From the NCBI GenBank assembly GCA_964016885.1, contig OZ024740.1, forward strand, positions 259,036,001 through 259,100,000: 64,000 bases of DNA, in the 5' to 3' direction. The notes below the pieces were generated by a model. That model ran no database searches and was not told the origin of the DNA. It saw only the letters and a program-made list of their open reading frames with translations. The position numbers were made by a program, and so were the translations under genes. The DNA comes from Eledone cirrhosa (taxonomy: Eukaryota). Positions 1-12,099 of this stretch are shown in pieces. Numbering within the stretch: the stretch's first letter is position 1; each line of letters starts with the position of its first letter.

Positions 1-57
1 AGTGTTTAAAAGTTTTTTGAAGCTTAATCAAATAAGTAGAGTTCGCACAGTTGACTG

Positions 58-140
<83 letters not shown>

Positions 141-187
141 GAGGTATCCACTGTAAGTTGTGGGGTCTATTCTGTATGAAGAACTCA

Positions 188-569
188 ATGTAATCCATAT
201 GTTGAAAATGTTGTAGGTTAAGATCAATCTCAGAAAACAATAAAACATTAAAAGGAAAACAGAGTCATTATATAAGTTAAAACAATGAAATAAAAAATCA
301 AGTCATTAGAGAAACAGCTGGTGATATGCATGTAAGTAAATATTCTCTCTATCTGAAAGTTTGTAAACTTACATAGATCAATAACTGAGTATAGATACAA
401 TGTATTATTACCATCTAGAAACGATCGTAAAGCAATGAAGTATATCTCTAATGACTTGATTTTTTATTTCATTGTTTTAACTTATATAATGACTCTGTTT
501 TCCTTTTAATGTTTTATTGTTTTCTGAGATTTATCTTAACCTACAACATTTTCAACATATGGATTACAT
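188..569. repeat. Inverted repeat, ~125-bp arms (188-312 / 445-569), 132-bp spacer
   Basis: atgtaatccatatgttgaaaatg...agtcattagaga is the near-perfect reverse complement of tctctaatgact...catatggattacat. Confidence 0.92.
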
Positions 570-1659
570 GCTCACGGTTACAGATTGGACAATAATACAT
601 ACCCACCATTAAAGGGCCTACACACATCCTCTGGTTTTTGCTATTCTTTGTTATTTTATTTTGCTTATTGTGTTGGATAACACATCTCCACCACTCAAAC
701 ACCTATCTTAAAAGCCCAAGGGCCCATATGGCGGGACATCGCACATACTTGACACCTTAACCCAAATACCCAACCCTACACAGAGCCCCTTGGTGGCCTA
801 CATAGCGGTTGCTTGCACGCACAGATTTGGGGACTCAGATTCTCAATGGGACAACGGCACTTACTGAGTTAGATATGAGCTGACTACTTGCTCTTCACAT
901 GGATGTGTATATACCAAACATACACATTTTGGGACGATACGGATGTGTATATAGCAAAACATACACTATTTGGAGATACGGATGTTACAATTCAATCTAT
1001 ACACGTATAGCCGAACATTGAACTGAACTTACTTGCGTGCGTATAGGGTTGCGGTTGACCCAATTTTTCCAATTTACATCGTCAAATTGAGATTTGACCA
1101 ATATAACATTTGTTGTTTTGTAAACTAACTTTCGGTGAATACTATGTTGGTATATTTATATTTTTTTCTCTGACCTCGCGTCGGTGTGTGTGAGTGTGTG
1201 TGTACTCACTCACACTAACTGTGACCGTCTATAGTTCTACAGATTCGATGCTATGTTGGTATATGTATATATCTTTTCTTTAACCTCGCGTCAGTGTGTG
1301 TGATTGTGTGTGTACCCACTCACATTAACTGTGACCGCCTGTAATTCTACAGATTTGATTGATGTCCAGCGTCTTTTACAGCTATTGGGAGATAGAGACT
1401 TGATAGTTTTATGACCCTAACTGAAGACGATAAAAGTCGCCGTGTTTTGACTGCTTGATCTTCATATGAAGGACTAAACTCTGTGAGTGAACATCGTTAA
1501 TTTTCTCCCTCATATCAAGGATTTGAAGACAATTCATTTTCACCTGACGAGATCAGTGATAATCGATCATGGCTACACGATCGATCTATCTCTTATTGAA
1601 ACATGTGTCGTGATTAAAATGATTGGAAATTTATACCATGCCTTCGGATCTTTATTTTG
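445..1659 (+). mobile_element. Probable non-coding 3' portion of a Penelope-like element ending in (TA)n
   Basis: 5' inverted arm, HHR motif near the 3' end, abuts TA/TG microsatellite, internal ~109-bp tandem duplication (1142-1359); no ORF seen. Confidence 0.5.
1540..1613 (+). ncRNA. Minimal type I hammerhead ribozyme motif
   Basis: tcac-CTGACGA-long stem II (atcgatc/gatcgat)-GAAA-catgt-GTC-gtga; stem I tcac/gtga; palindromic acatgt in place of stem III; base of stem II imperfect. Confidence 0.6.
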
Positions 1660-1687
1660 ATATATATATATATGTGTGTGTGTGTCT

Positions 1688-1729
<42 letters not shown>

Positions 1730-1740
1730 TTGTCTGTGTA

Positions 1741-1787
<47 letters not shown>

Positions 1788-2128
1788 TTATAAATGAAGT
1801 ATTTCCGTAGGAAAGGAAAAGGAAAAGAGAGTGCTCTATGTAGGCTACAGAGCTTTGTAGTTATGTATTAAATATATATTTCATATTATTTCTTCTGATT
1901 AAATAAATATTTCATATTATTTCTTCTGATCAATGAAGACAGACATAAATATCTGTCTTCAAGAAACCACTGGTAAATGAAATAATTATCTGATGTTGTT
2001 TATTACATAACTATATATTACTCTTTTAGCTATTCCTGCTGGTCGGCTCAGTCCACTTCACTTCCTATAGCCATACTTTCTTGGTTGGGGTATATATATA
2101 TGTATATATATATACCCCAACCAAGAAA

Positions 2129-2166
<38 letters not shown>

Positions 2167-2870
2167 GTGTGTGTGTGTGTGTGTGTATTTGTGTATGCGT
2201 GTGTGTGTGTTTACATTTATGCCTGCGTGTGTCTCTATTTTCATTAACTTAGCGACAAAAATGAGCTCTCTAAATTAAGTACAAGACTTGAAAAATTAAG
2301 TAGTGATGTTAATATTATCTACTAAATTATGGTGGTGCCTGAGCATGACCGCAGTTTCATGACTGAAACAACCAGTGGAAGAATATATATAGTTTTCTAA
2401 AAAAAAAATAAATAAATAAATAAATAAATAAAAAATGAGAAAAGAATGGGCCAATCAGAGAAAAGAAATCAAATGTACCAATCAGAATAAAACTTTTCGA
2501 TAATTTAGAAGGTATTGTTTTTCAAGTCGTTGCCGTAGCATGACCGTATAGAAGAATGCATCTAGTTTGCTAAAAGAAAAGAGAAGAGAATGGACCAATC
2601 AGAAAGGAGAAATAAATTGTACCAATCAGAATGAAGCTTTTTCATTGTTTAGAAGTTGTTTTTCCTTATTTTATATACAAATATATATTATATGGTAAAT
2701 AAAGTTTGGTGTAGCAACTCTTCTGCTTGTCATGTTTGTATGTTACAGTAAAATCTATAATCGGAGAAGAGGAACTAAAGATATAGAAACAGCTGCTTCT
2801 CTAAGTGTTGTATATCTGATAAGATCTTCACAATCGCTAGAGTGTTAGCTGTCTTCCTCGTAGGTGTAAA

Positions 2871-3225
2871 ACTAAAATCTTGTAGTTTACCTGAAAATTT
2901 GTAATAAAATATAAACAAATATTTGAATAACAAGCTAACGTAAGAATCTCTACGTGGTCACGCAGTTTGCTAGAAATAGCAACTAAACTAAAATATTGTA
3001 GTTTATATTGAAATATTGAAGATTTGCAAAATAAAAACAAATATTTGAGTAACAAGCTAACGAAATAATCTCTACTTAGTCACGCAGTTTGCTAGAAATA
3101 ACAGCTAATCTAAAATCTTGTAATTTACGTGAAAATGTGCTATAAAATATAATAAATATTTGAGTAACAAGCTAACTAAAGAATCTCTACATAGTCACGC
3201 AGTTTGTTAGAAATAGCAGTTAAAC
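2871..3225 (+). repeat. Three diverged tandem copies of a ~118-bp unit
   Basis: Recurring aatatttga(a/g)taacaagctaac...aatctctac...gtcacgcagtttg(c/t)tagaaata. Confidence 0.85.
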
Positions 3226-3789
3226 GTTCGTCAAATTAAACCTATTGTCTTTTTAAAACGAAGGACATATTAGATATTTTATTCCTATAAATCTTTAAAT
3301 ATGAGAACAGCCAGAGCTAGATTGACTTTAATTACATGTCGATATTTGGTAGCGGGGCGAAGATGAGCTTGTTGGACCACTTTTCAAGAAAAACAAAACA
3401 AAACAGAGGGGAAAAGTAAAATATTGATAACTTCAGACCGAGCGCCTGGTTCGAATGTTTATATTATAGTTGGCTCAGCTAAAAGCATCCAAGGAATAAG
3501 TGGTGCTAGTAAACTAAAAGTCTGTCTCGATCCTGGAGGCTCATCAGACAGGAGCTTAACCCGGTTTTGGGGGCGTGAAGCGACTGAGAGTACATGACAC
3601 CCCGCTGGCCAAGACGCCCAACCATCGCAGAATTAACTCCCAATTCAAAGAATGAAAACAAATGTAATATACTATATTTTAATTAATTACCAAAGAGTAT
3701 CGAGGTATTTCTTTAAATTCATAAAATATATCTTCGTTTTTGTATTTGTTGGGCAGGATTTTTATCTGAAAACGTGTGTTGAATCAGAT

Positions 3790-3960
3790 ATTGTTATACT
3801 TTGGGAGGGTTATGCTGTCAATAAAAACACGCGCACCTGTTGGATTTCGCTTCAATTTATAATAAACTCCAAGACGGTTAGTTTAATAACCGGATGGTTG
3901 TTTAGTTGTTCATTGTTATCAAAGCTCTTTCGTCACACATAATGTGACCTTCTCAATAAC
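3790..3960 (-). mobile_element. PLE 3' terminus fragment (family B) with U3-A8 hammerhead motif at 3915-3960
   Basis: Starts attgttatactttgggag like 47903/58261; reverse complement reads gtta-TTGAGAA-g-gtcaca/tgtgac-GAAA-gagc-TT-tgat. Confidence 0.65.
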
Positions 3961-4455
3961 TACGTTTGTAGTTATTTTGTTTCGCTCCTTTGTTCTGTAC
4001 TACACCAACTAGTTTTAAATATATCATTACTAAGATAGTAACGTAACATGTATTTGTGATATACAACTATGTTAGATTTTAACTTAAAGAGGAAACATGA
4101 TTGTTTCATAAAACCAAAGTTGGTTTTAGTCAGGTTGGTATCAAAAGTGTTAAGACGTAACCAAAACTGTCAACCAAACATTTGTCACACTAGATGCCAT
4201 TAAAACATCAACGTTATAACATCTTCCCGTTTACTTCTGGTCTAAAGCATCAAATTAAAAACTTTCTGATCATCTCCTCAATGGATATTATGTAATATAA
4301 ATATAATTATGCTCAAAGTCTCTATATAAACATTCTATAAACACAATACAACACGTTTTGTCCTTTAATTCTAAACGTACACATTCACACAGTGGCACTA
4401 ACATACAAAATGTTTATATTGGCATAGATATAAGTATACTCATTATATATACATT

Positions 4456-4529
<74 letters not shown>

Positions 4530-5139
4530 ATATATATATGTGTGTGTGTGTGAGTGTGCGGGCGTATACGCGTTTGTGTATATGTGTATACATGCATGCA
4601 TACATATATACATACGTGAGGATATGTATGTATGCATATATATATATATATGCATACATATATGTGTGCGTGCGTGTATGTGTGTGAGTAAGTATGCGTG
4701 TGTATAAAGAATTGTGTCCTTAGCAGTTTAAAAAAAGAATTTGCCCACCAGACAGTCAGACATAAGAGAGTTATAATAGTATAGAAGCGTGTATAATAGA
4801 GTTAACTATTAACAATGATGTGAAAAGGCCAAGACGTAATACATAATATATGACGTGTTAAGTGTCTAAAAGTGACTCCATCACCTTTTGGCATGGTTAA
4901 CAGGAGAAATGCCTTCACTCGTGGGAATATATTACTTTTGTCTATTCATCTACGGTATCCTTGGCACACTTCGAACTTTTGTCTACATACTTGGAGGCTT
5001 TGGCACGTCTCCCTCTATCTATATTTCTCTCATTCTCTCAATCTCTCTCCCTATCTCTCACTTTCTCTCTCTCTCACACTCTACCTCTATCTATCTATCT
5101 CTCACGTTCTCTCTCTCTCTCTTTCACTGACTATCTCCC

Positions 5140-5280
5140 TCTCCATCTCTCTATCTATATATATATATATCGCTATCTCTCTCTCCCTCTCGGTATATAT
5201 ATATATACGATTATATACTTACACGTATATATATATACACACATATATATATACATACACACACATATATATATATATGC

Positions 5281-5356
<76 letters not shown>

Positions 5357-5484
5357 ATGTATTATTGAATGAGTACTCAATATCGAAGTACAGTAAATAT
5401 TCATTTATTATTGCTAAGTTGTGAGTCTTGTTACTCTAAGGTGCGCAATTGAAACTCCAGAGTAACAAGGCTCAATACTTAACC

Positions 5485-5565
<81 letters not shown>

Positions 5566-5655
5566 GTGCATATATATATATATGTGTGTATGTATATATA
5601 TATATGTGTGTGTGTATATATATACGTGTAAGTATATAATCGTATATGTCTGTCT

Positions 5656-5694
<39 letters not shown>

Positions 5695-5737
5695 GAGAGG
5701 AAAAGAGAGATAGCGATATATATATAGAGAGAGAGAT

Positions 5738-5740
<3 letters not shown>
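5140..5740. repeat. Inverted duplication of microsatellite-rich sequence (~5140-5350 / ~5490-5740); spacer has its own hairpin
   Basis: cgctatctct...cggtat...acgattatatacttacacgt mirrored by acgtgtaagtatataatcgt...taccgagag...agatagcg; spacer hairpin tgagtcttgttactct/agagtaacaaggctca. Confidence 0.75.
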
Positions 5741-5768
<28 letters not shown>

Positions 5769-5860
5769 ACGAAGGAAATGTGGTAAGGAACCAGGTGGAC
5801 CATAACGCACCAAAGTACTCAATACTTGAGGTAGTAGAGTGGGTAATAGGAACCAGTAAG

Positions 5861-5954
5861 ACCCCGACAGCTGAGCTCAAGCCGTTTCGACGGCTAATTC
5901 TGGACTAAATGAAAATTTATCCTGGTATTTAAATAGCCGATCTTCTCAAGGGGT
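5861..5954 (-). ncRNA. Type I hammerhead ribozyme, U3-A8 variant (mirror of 8369-8462)
   Basis: Reverse complement of the motif in the right arm. Confidence 0.7.
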
Positions 5955-6997
5955 AATTCCATATATGGTCAAAGTGATTGTCAAAAATCAGTAGTAATTC
6001 TGTGGTTGCAAATTAGTAGGGGAGATGGTGGCTAAACCTGCCAGTAGGAGAAAGAGGGGAGGGGCTGGAGTAGACCCAATCAATCGTTGGTAGTGCCAGC
6101 TACAGCTGGGCATGAGGTCAAAGAAGATACAGGGGAGGGGGAGGGGGAGGAAGTCGGAACGGTAGGTAGAACAATGGGGGGTAGAAATAGGAAAGAAAAA
6201 AAAAAAAAAAAAAAATACTGAGAGTGAAGAAAGGCAAATAAGTGTAAAGAAAAGTAAAGTAAATTAAATTCTACGACCTAGGTGTCAGGCTATTGTTAGG
6301 CGAGAATAAAATAAAGAAAGAAAGAAAGAAAAATAAATAAATGAATAAATAAGGAAATAAGTAAGAGAACTAGGTGGGACGGATAAGGCAAGGACCCTTT
6401 TAAGAGGTATAAGTACGTAAATGATACGGTGACGGGTCAACAAAAGGGGCCAAAATACTAAAGAGACTACCACGAAATAAACAATAAAGGTTTCCATCCC
6501 GGGCCAGCAACGACCCAGTGCAGCAAAGTGAACTTGTACGAGATAATAATTCTGAGTCCCGAGAAAAATATATACTAATGCTAACTCTAAAAGATCTAAA
6601 ACAAGCTACATGAAAGTTCGTACGAAATAAAGGTAGAATACGGAGAAATAAATTCAGAATCCACCCCGCCCAGAAGAAGAGCGAAGCAAGAAATACTGAA
6701 ACGAAAAAATAAGGCATGTGCCACTAAGAAATATAGAGGGCACAGAGAATAGTGGGAGCGGTAGGAAAAAGGGGGAAAGTATCCGGGGTCTAAGCCAGCT
6801 GCTATAAAGGGCGGAGTCCGCCAAATCTATCAAAGACTAGGGGAGGGGGGTGGGGGTACTAAGGCTACATGGGGCCAAAGGGCAGCCTCGGGTGGGCGAG
6901 AAAAGACGCCGACAAAGGAGAAGAGCTGGGGTAGAAGGACAAAGGGGAGAGGGGGGAAGGAAATAAAGGAAGCGATAAAAGAATACAAAGAAGATCT

Positions 6998-7258
6998 CAC
7001 GCCACTACACTTTCGGGCCACATATGGGACCTCAAGGACAACAACATCACCTATGATCTCACTTGGAGATTACTGTCCAGAGCCAATTCTTACACGGGAG
7101 GACGCCGTCCGTGCAATTTATGCTCGGAGGAAACTTTACAAATGCTGTTTTCGACGGACCAACTCCTAAACAAGAAAGATGAACTGGTTACTGCATGTAA
7201 ACATAGATTGCGTAGGACTTACCTCGCCCTCAAACCCCATAATGACCCGGGGGGGTAG
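6998..7258 (+). pseudogene. C-terminal fragment of a PLE GIY-YIG endonuclease (not in ORF track, no start codon)
   Basis: Manual translation HATTLSGHIWDLKDNNITYDLTWRLLSRANSYTGGRRPCNLCSEETLQMLFSTDQLLNKKDELVTACKHRLRRTYLALKPHNDPGG*, matching the LSxHIWxLK..W..CxLC..LLN..CxH pattern of PLE ORF ends. Confidence 0.8.
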
Positions 7259-8368
7259 ACTAGGGCTATAACACCACAGTTGCCGATTTTGCAATAGGTA
7301 ACCCCTGCTTGCCAAGGAAGACGTAAGATCTTCTTTGTATTCTTTTATCGCTTCCTTTATTTCCTTCCCCCCTCTCCCCTTTGTCCTTCTACCCCAGCTC
7401 TTCTCCTTTGTCGGCGTCTTTTCTCGCCCACCCGAGGCTGCCCTTTGGCCCCATGTAGCCTTAGTACCCCCACCCCCCTCCCCTAGTCTTTGATAGATTT
7501 GGCGGACTCCGCCCTTTATAGCAGCTGGCTTAGACCCCGGATACTTTCCCCCTTTTTCCTACCGCTCCCACTATTCTCTGTGCCCTCTATATTTCTTAGT
7601 GGCACATGCCTTATTTTTTCGTTTCAGTATTTCTTGCTTCGCTCTTCTTCTGGGCGGGGTGGATTCTGAATTTATTTCTCCGTATTCTACCTTTATTTCG
7701 TACGAACTTTCATGTAGCTTGTTTTAGATCTTTTAGAGTTAGCATTAGTATATATTTTTCTCGGGACTCAGAATTATTATCTCGTACAAGTTCACTTTGC
7801 TGCACTGGGTCGTTGCTGGCCCGGGATGGAAACCTTTATTGTTTATTTCGTGGTAGTCTCTTTAGTATTTTGGCCCCTTTTGTTGACCCGTCACCGTATC
7901 ATTTACGTACTTATACCTCTTAAAAGGGTCCTTGCCTTATCCGTCCCACCTAGTTCTCTTACTTATTTCCTTATTTATTCATTTATTTATTTTTCTTTCT
8001 TTCTTTCTTTATTTTATTCTCGCCTAACAATAGCCTGACACCTAGGTCGTAGAATTTAATTTACTTTACTTTTCTTTACACTTATTTGCCTTTCTTCACT
8101 CTCAGTATTTTTTTTTTTTTTTTTTTTCTTTCCTATTTCTACCCCCCATTGTTCTACCTACCGTTCCGACTTCCTCCCCCTCCCCCTCCCCTGTATCTTC
8201 TTTGACCTCATGCCCAGCTGTAGCTGGCACTACCAACGATTGATTGGGTCTACTCCAGCCCCTCCCCTCTTTCTCCTACTGGCAGGTTTAGCCACCATCT
8301 CCCCTACTAATTTGCAACCACAGAATTACTACTGATTTTTGACAATCACTTTGACCATATATGGAATT

Positions 8369-8462
8369 ACCCCTTGAGAAGATCGGCTATTTAAATACCA
8401 GGATAAATTTTCATTTAGTCCAGAATTAGCCGTCGAAACGGCTTGAGCTCAGCTGTCGGGGT
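8369..8462 (+). ncRNA. Type I hammerhead ribozyme, U3-A8 variant, predicted cleavage after GUC at 8457
   Basis: acccc-TTGAGAA-ga(t)cggcta...tagccgtc-GAAA-cggct-tgagctc-agct-GTC-ggggt; stems I, II and III can all pair. Confidence 0.72.
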
Positions 8463-8472
8463 CTTACTGGTT

Positions 8473-8517
<45 letters not shown>

Positions 8518-8519
<2 letters not shown>

Positions 8520-8657
8520 GAAAATGTATGACCCAGACGGCAGAGCTCAAGCCGTTTCGACGGATTTCTGGACTAATTTAGTCCAGAAATAGCCGTCGAA
8601 ACGGCTTGAGCTCTGCCGTCGGGGTCATACATTTTCCTATTACCCACTCTACTACCC
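8518..8657. mobile_element. Short fold-back derivative of a family A-related terminus (palindrome 8518-8638)
   Basis: aggaaaatgtatgacc...ctggactaa/ttagtccag...ggtcatacattttcct; carries the 3' half of the HHR on both strands. Confidence 0.85.
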
Positions 8658-8876
8658 AAAATGTGTAAAAGTATTGCAAGAGTTGCAAAAAAACTGCTCA
8701 AATCGAAGTAAGCTCTCGTCCGGGTTGTTTTTAAATAAACTTAAGCAATTAATTAGTCAAAAGAATTGTCTAATAGAATTAACTATCTAATTGCTAGGCC
8801 CCGGATGAGTGTGATTTTAAAACAGTAGATTGCTAAAATTAATTTATTCATATATATATATATATATATGAATAAA

Positions 8877-8928
<52 letters not shown>

Positions 8929-9089
8929 TAAATTAATATATATATATATATGAATAAATTAATTTTAGCAATCTTCTATTTTAAAATCACACTCAACATG
9001 ATATTCACTTTTTTTTCCGTCAACATTATCATCAAATGTTTATCTACATCTTCGAAAATCTCTCTCTGCAAAATATGTGTCTGTGCGTG

Positions 9090-9203
<114 letters not shown>

Positions 9204-9429
9204 ATATACATTCAGATGTATATGTATCCGTGTGTATTTGTAGTATGATTTTGTGCATGTGTGAGCAAATATCTTCTTTTTTTTTTTAAATAATTTGAAA
9301 TCTCATTTAATAGAAACTTTTTCTGAGAATGTGATAAAACATCCTCGTTATAATCTGGATAATGACAACAGCGAAGAATCTAAAGTTTGAACTTTAGAAA
9401 GGTCTTGCATATTTTTACTGTTCTGCTTA

Positions 9430-9930
9430 TTATCATCATTGCGACCACAATCGAACTCAGTCGAACATTCCTGACAAAGTCGAACAACAGACAAAGTCTC
9501 TCCACAATTCACGATTTACCTTTGCTCCTGGCAACTACTCCCTACTGAAGTTTGTATCGTCTGAGAGTTGATTGATGAAGGTTCAAAATGTCTTCCTCTA
9601 CTGCGTCTCCAGTGAGTTGATTCTTACAATAGATAGGCAGAAAATCATCATCATCATCATTGTGACCACAGTTGAACATTCCTAACAAATTCTCTCCTTA
9701 ATTCACGATTTTCCACTGCTCCTTGCAACTGCTCCTTACTTAGGTTTGTATCGTCTGAGAGTTTATTGATGAAGGTTCGTGAAGGTCTACTGTGTCTCAC
9801 GTGAGTTGCTTCCCGCAATAGTAACTTGTGTATAACTTCCTGCTTACTTCTCCAGCAATGTTCTGCAAATAGTAACCGTCTTTCAGCAATTATAGTTGTA
9901 ATCTTGGGCAAGTTTCCATATAAACTTTCA
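9430..9930 (-). mobile_element. RTE-like LINE 3' end (9645-9930) plus a more decayed tandem 3'-end copy (9430-9640)
   Basis: ORF 9657-9911 LPKITTIIAERRLLFAEHCWRSKQE...SRPSRTFINKL..DT resembles RTE-group ORF C-termini; (TGA)n tail. Confidence 0.7.
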
Positions 9931-11671
9931 TTTGTAAGAATTATTAAGGAAAGGGAAGGAATTAAAAAGTGTCTATACTAAACACATGCTTCATCCGACG
10001 GAAAGAAACAAATAGCTTATAGTTCTACTTCTAGATTCCATTTTATTATTCTACCCAGCATGGTGAATGGTTAAGGAATTCACTTCTCAAACATGAGGTC
10101 CCAGGTTTGCTTGGCATCATGAGCAAATGTTATTTATCCACCATATCGTTGTATGTGGTTTTAGAAACAACATTTTGCTGCAATAGTAGATAATTGCTTG
10201 GAACTGTATTGTTGACCCATTTCGTCCAAAGACATTTCTATTTTGTATATTTGTTTCTGGTGGTGTTTATTCACTACTAGGCAGAGGTTTATAAGTGATA
10301 TGTAGAGCTATATGAGCGATACTATTATATGCATCGAAACCGGGTTGTTACGTCAACTATAGTGGGGTGGCTGAGTAGGAGAGCATTGTTTTGCTTGTTT
10401 TCTCCGTGTGTCTGATTTTTTATATGTGTTTTACCTCTTTGTACTATCTATCTATCTACATATGTGTGTGTATTGGTAAATATATATACACACACACAGA
10501 GTGCAGCATAGATATTCTCCTCACTACTAAAATATCTGAACATATGAAATGGAGTTTAAGATGCCAATATGAAAACTCCAATGTTCAAATGTTAAAGATC
10601 TTAATCAGATTATCTGAAAGATTTATAGATTATCTTCTGCCGGAAGTTATTTGTCTCGGAATGTTGGCTTCTATCAACGATTTCATATTAGTTCGTTTCA
10701 AATTCTAGGCTAATGGCTGACTCCAAATCATAATTTGTTACGAAATCTTAATCAGAAATAAGATCGTTATAAAACTGATGCCAAAAGAAGTCAGTTTGGA
10801 AGAAATTTCAATAATTCCCCAAGAAGTACTATTCCTAATTATCCAATTCTAGCTGAACGACTTTGGTGTAACTATTTCAATATTTTAGATGAAACATTTA
10901 AACTTGCTGGCTCAGAACTATTTCAGTAGGTAAATTTATGATTAATATTTCGTTAGAATATAAGAACACTATAATAGTTATCATATGTCAAGCGAATTGG
11001 TCCTTTCGAGATCGATAAATAAAGTATCACATGGATGCGGTAACTGAAAGGTCTTATATCATTATCCGCTCTTAATCATTTCCTGATCGTATTTGTGTGA
11101 TCGAACTAAACTGTATCTCAATTAATTAATGGAGAACTTTGAGAGATTTACTAAAATTATTAATTATTTGTTTACGAAGATAGTAACTTAATGTAAGTTT
11201 CTTATATAATATTATGTTGGAAGATTTTAATTTAAATAGGGACCTTGCATCACAATTAATTAATGAAGGATTTTGAAGGATGAACTAAAATTATTAATTA
11301 TTTCATTGCCAAGATAGTAACTTAACATATGTTTGGAGACTTTATTAGGAACTCTTTAAAAGGGGTGAATTTGTTTCATAGAACCGGACCTGGTTTTGGC
11401 CTGGTTGGTATGAGAGTATTTGAGACAGCTTTTCAAATGTAGTATACCCTGTTTCAATTAATGAATGAAGAATGTTGAAAGATTTACTAAAATTGGTAGT
11501 TAATTCATTACTAAAATAGTAGCTAAACATATAGTACATATATATGATTATGTTATAGGATTATATTGGGAATCCAGCCGGATCAGTTGGAAACGGTTGC
11601 GTCCGAGAGGACTCGCTTGAGGGATTGTTTGAGGACTCTGCCCCCTCGACCCTTTCAAAAACAAGTGGGGA

Positions 11672-11925
11672 AAGAAGAAGAAGAAGAAGAAGAAGAAGAA
11701 GAAGAAGAAGAAGAAGAAGAAGAAGAAGAAGGAGGAGGAGGAGGAGGAGGAGGAGGAAGAGGAGGAGGAGGAGGAGGAGGTGAAGAAGAAGAAGAAGAAG
11801 AAGAAGAAGAAGAAGAAGAAGAAGAAGAAGAAGAAGAAGAAGAAGAAGAAGAAGAAGAAGAAGAAGAAGAAGAAGAAGAAGAAGAAGAAGAAGAAGAAGA
11901 AGAAGAAGAAGAAGAAGAAGAAGAT
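11672..11925. repeat. (GAA)n/(GGA)n microsatellite
   Basis: Direct reading. Confidence 0.97.
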
Positions 11926-12099
11926 TTTATAGGAATTTACTAAAATTATTCATTATTTCATTATCAAAATATTTTTAACATAACAAAAGGTTCTTATATG
12001 AAATTAGGTTGGAAGATTTCAATTTAAACAAGAAACCTTTAAAATGAATCATTTTATTTCATAGAATCAGAGCCGGTTTTGACCGGGTTAGTATGAAAA

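Larger units (their letters stand above)
5768..8477. mobile_element. 5'-truncated Penelope-like element (family A) with 1152-bp inverted arms (5846-6997 / 7326-8477)
   Basis: Mirror ORFs 6400-6717(-)/7606-7923(+) and 6285-6497(-)/7826-8038(+) translate identically; spacer encodes a PLE endonuclease C-terminus; both ends abut (TA)n; HHR in each arm. Confidence 0.9.

Noticed and set aside
6285-8038. Identical 105-aa and 70-aa ORF pairs as duplicated genes
   Set aside because: By-products of the inverted arms in a PLE untranslated region; no recognisable protein features
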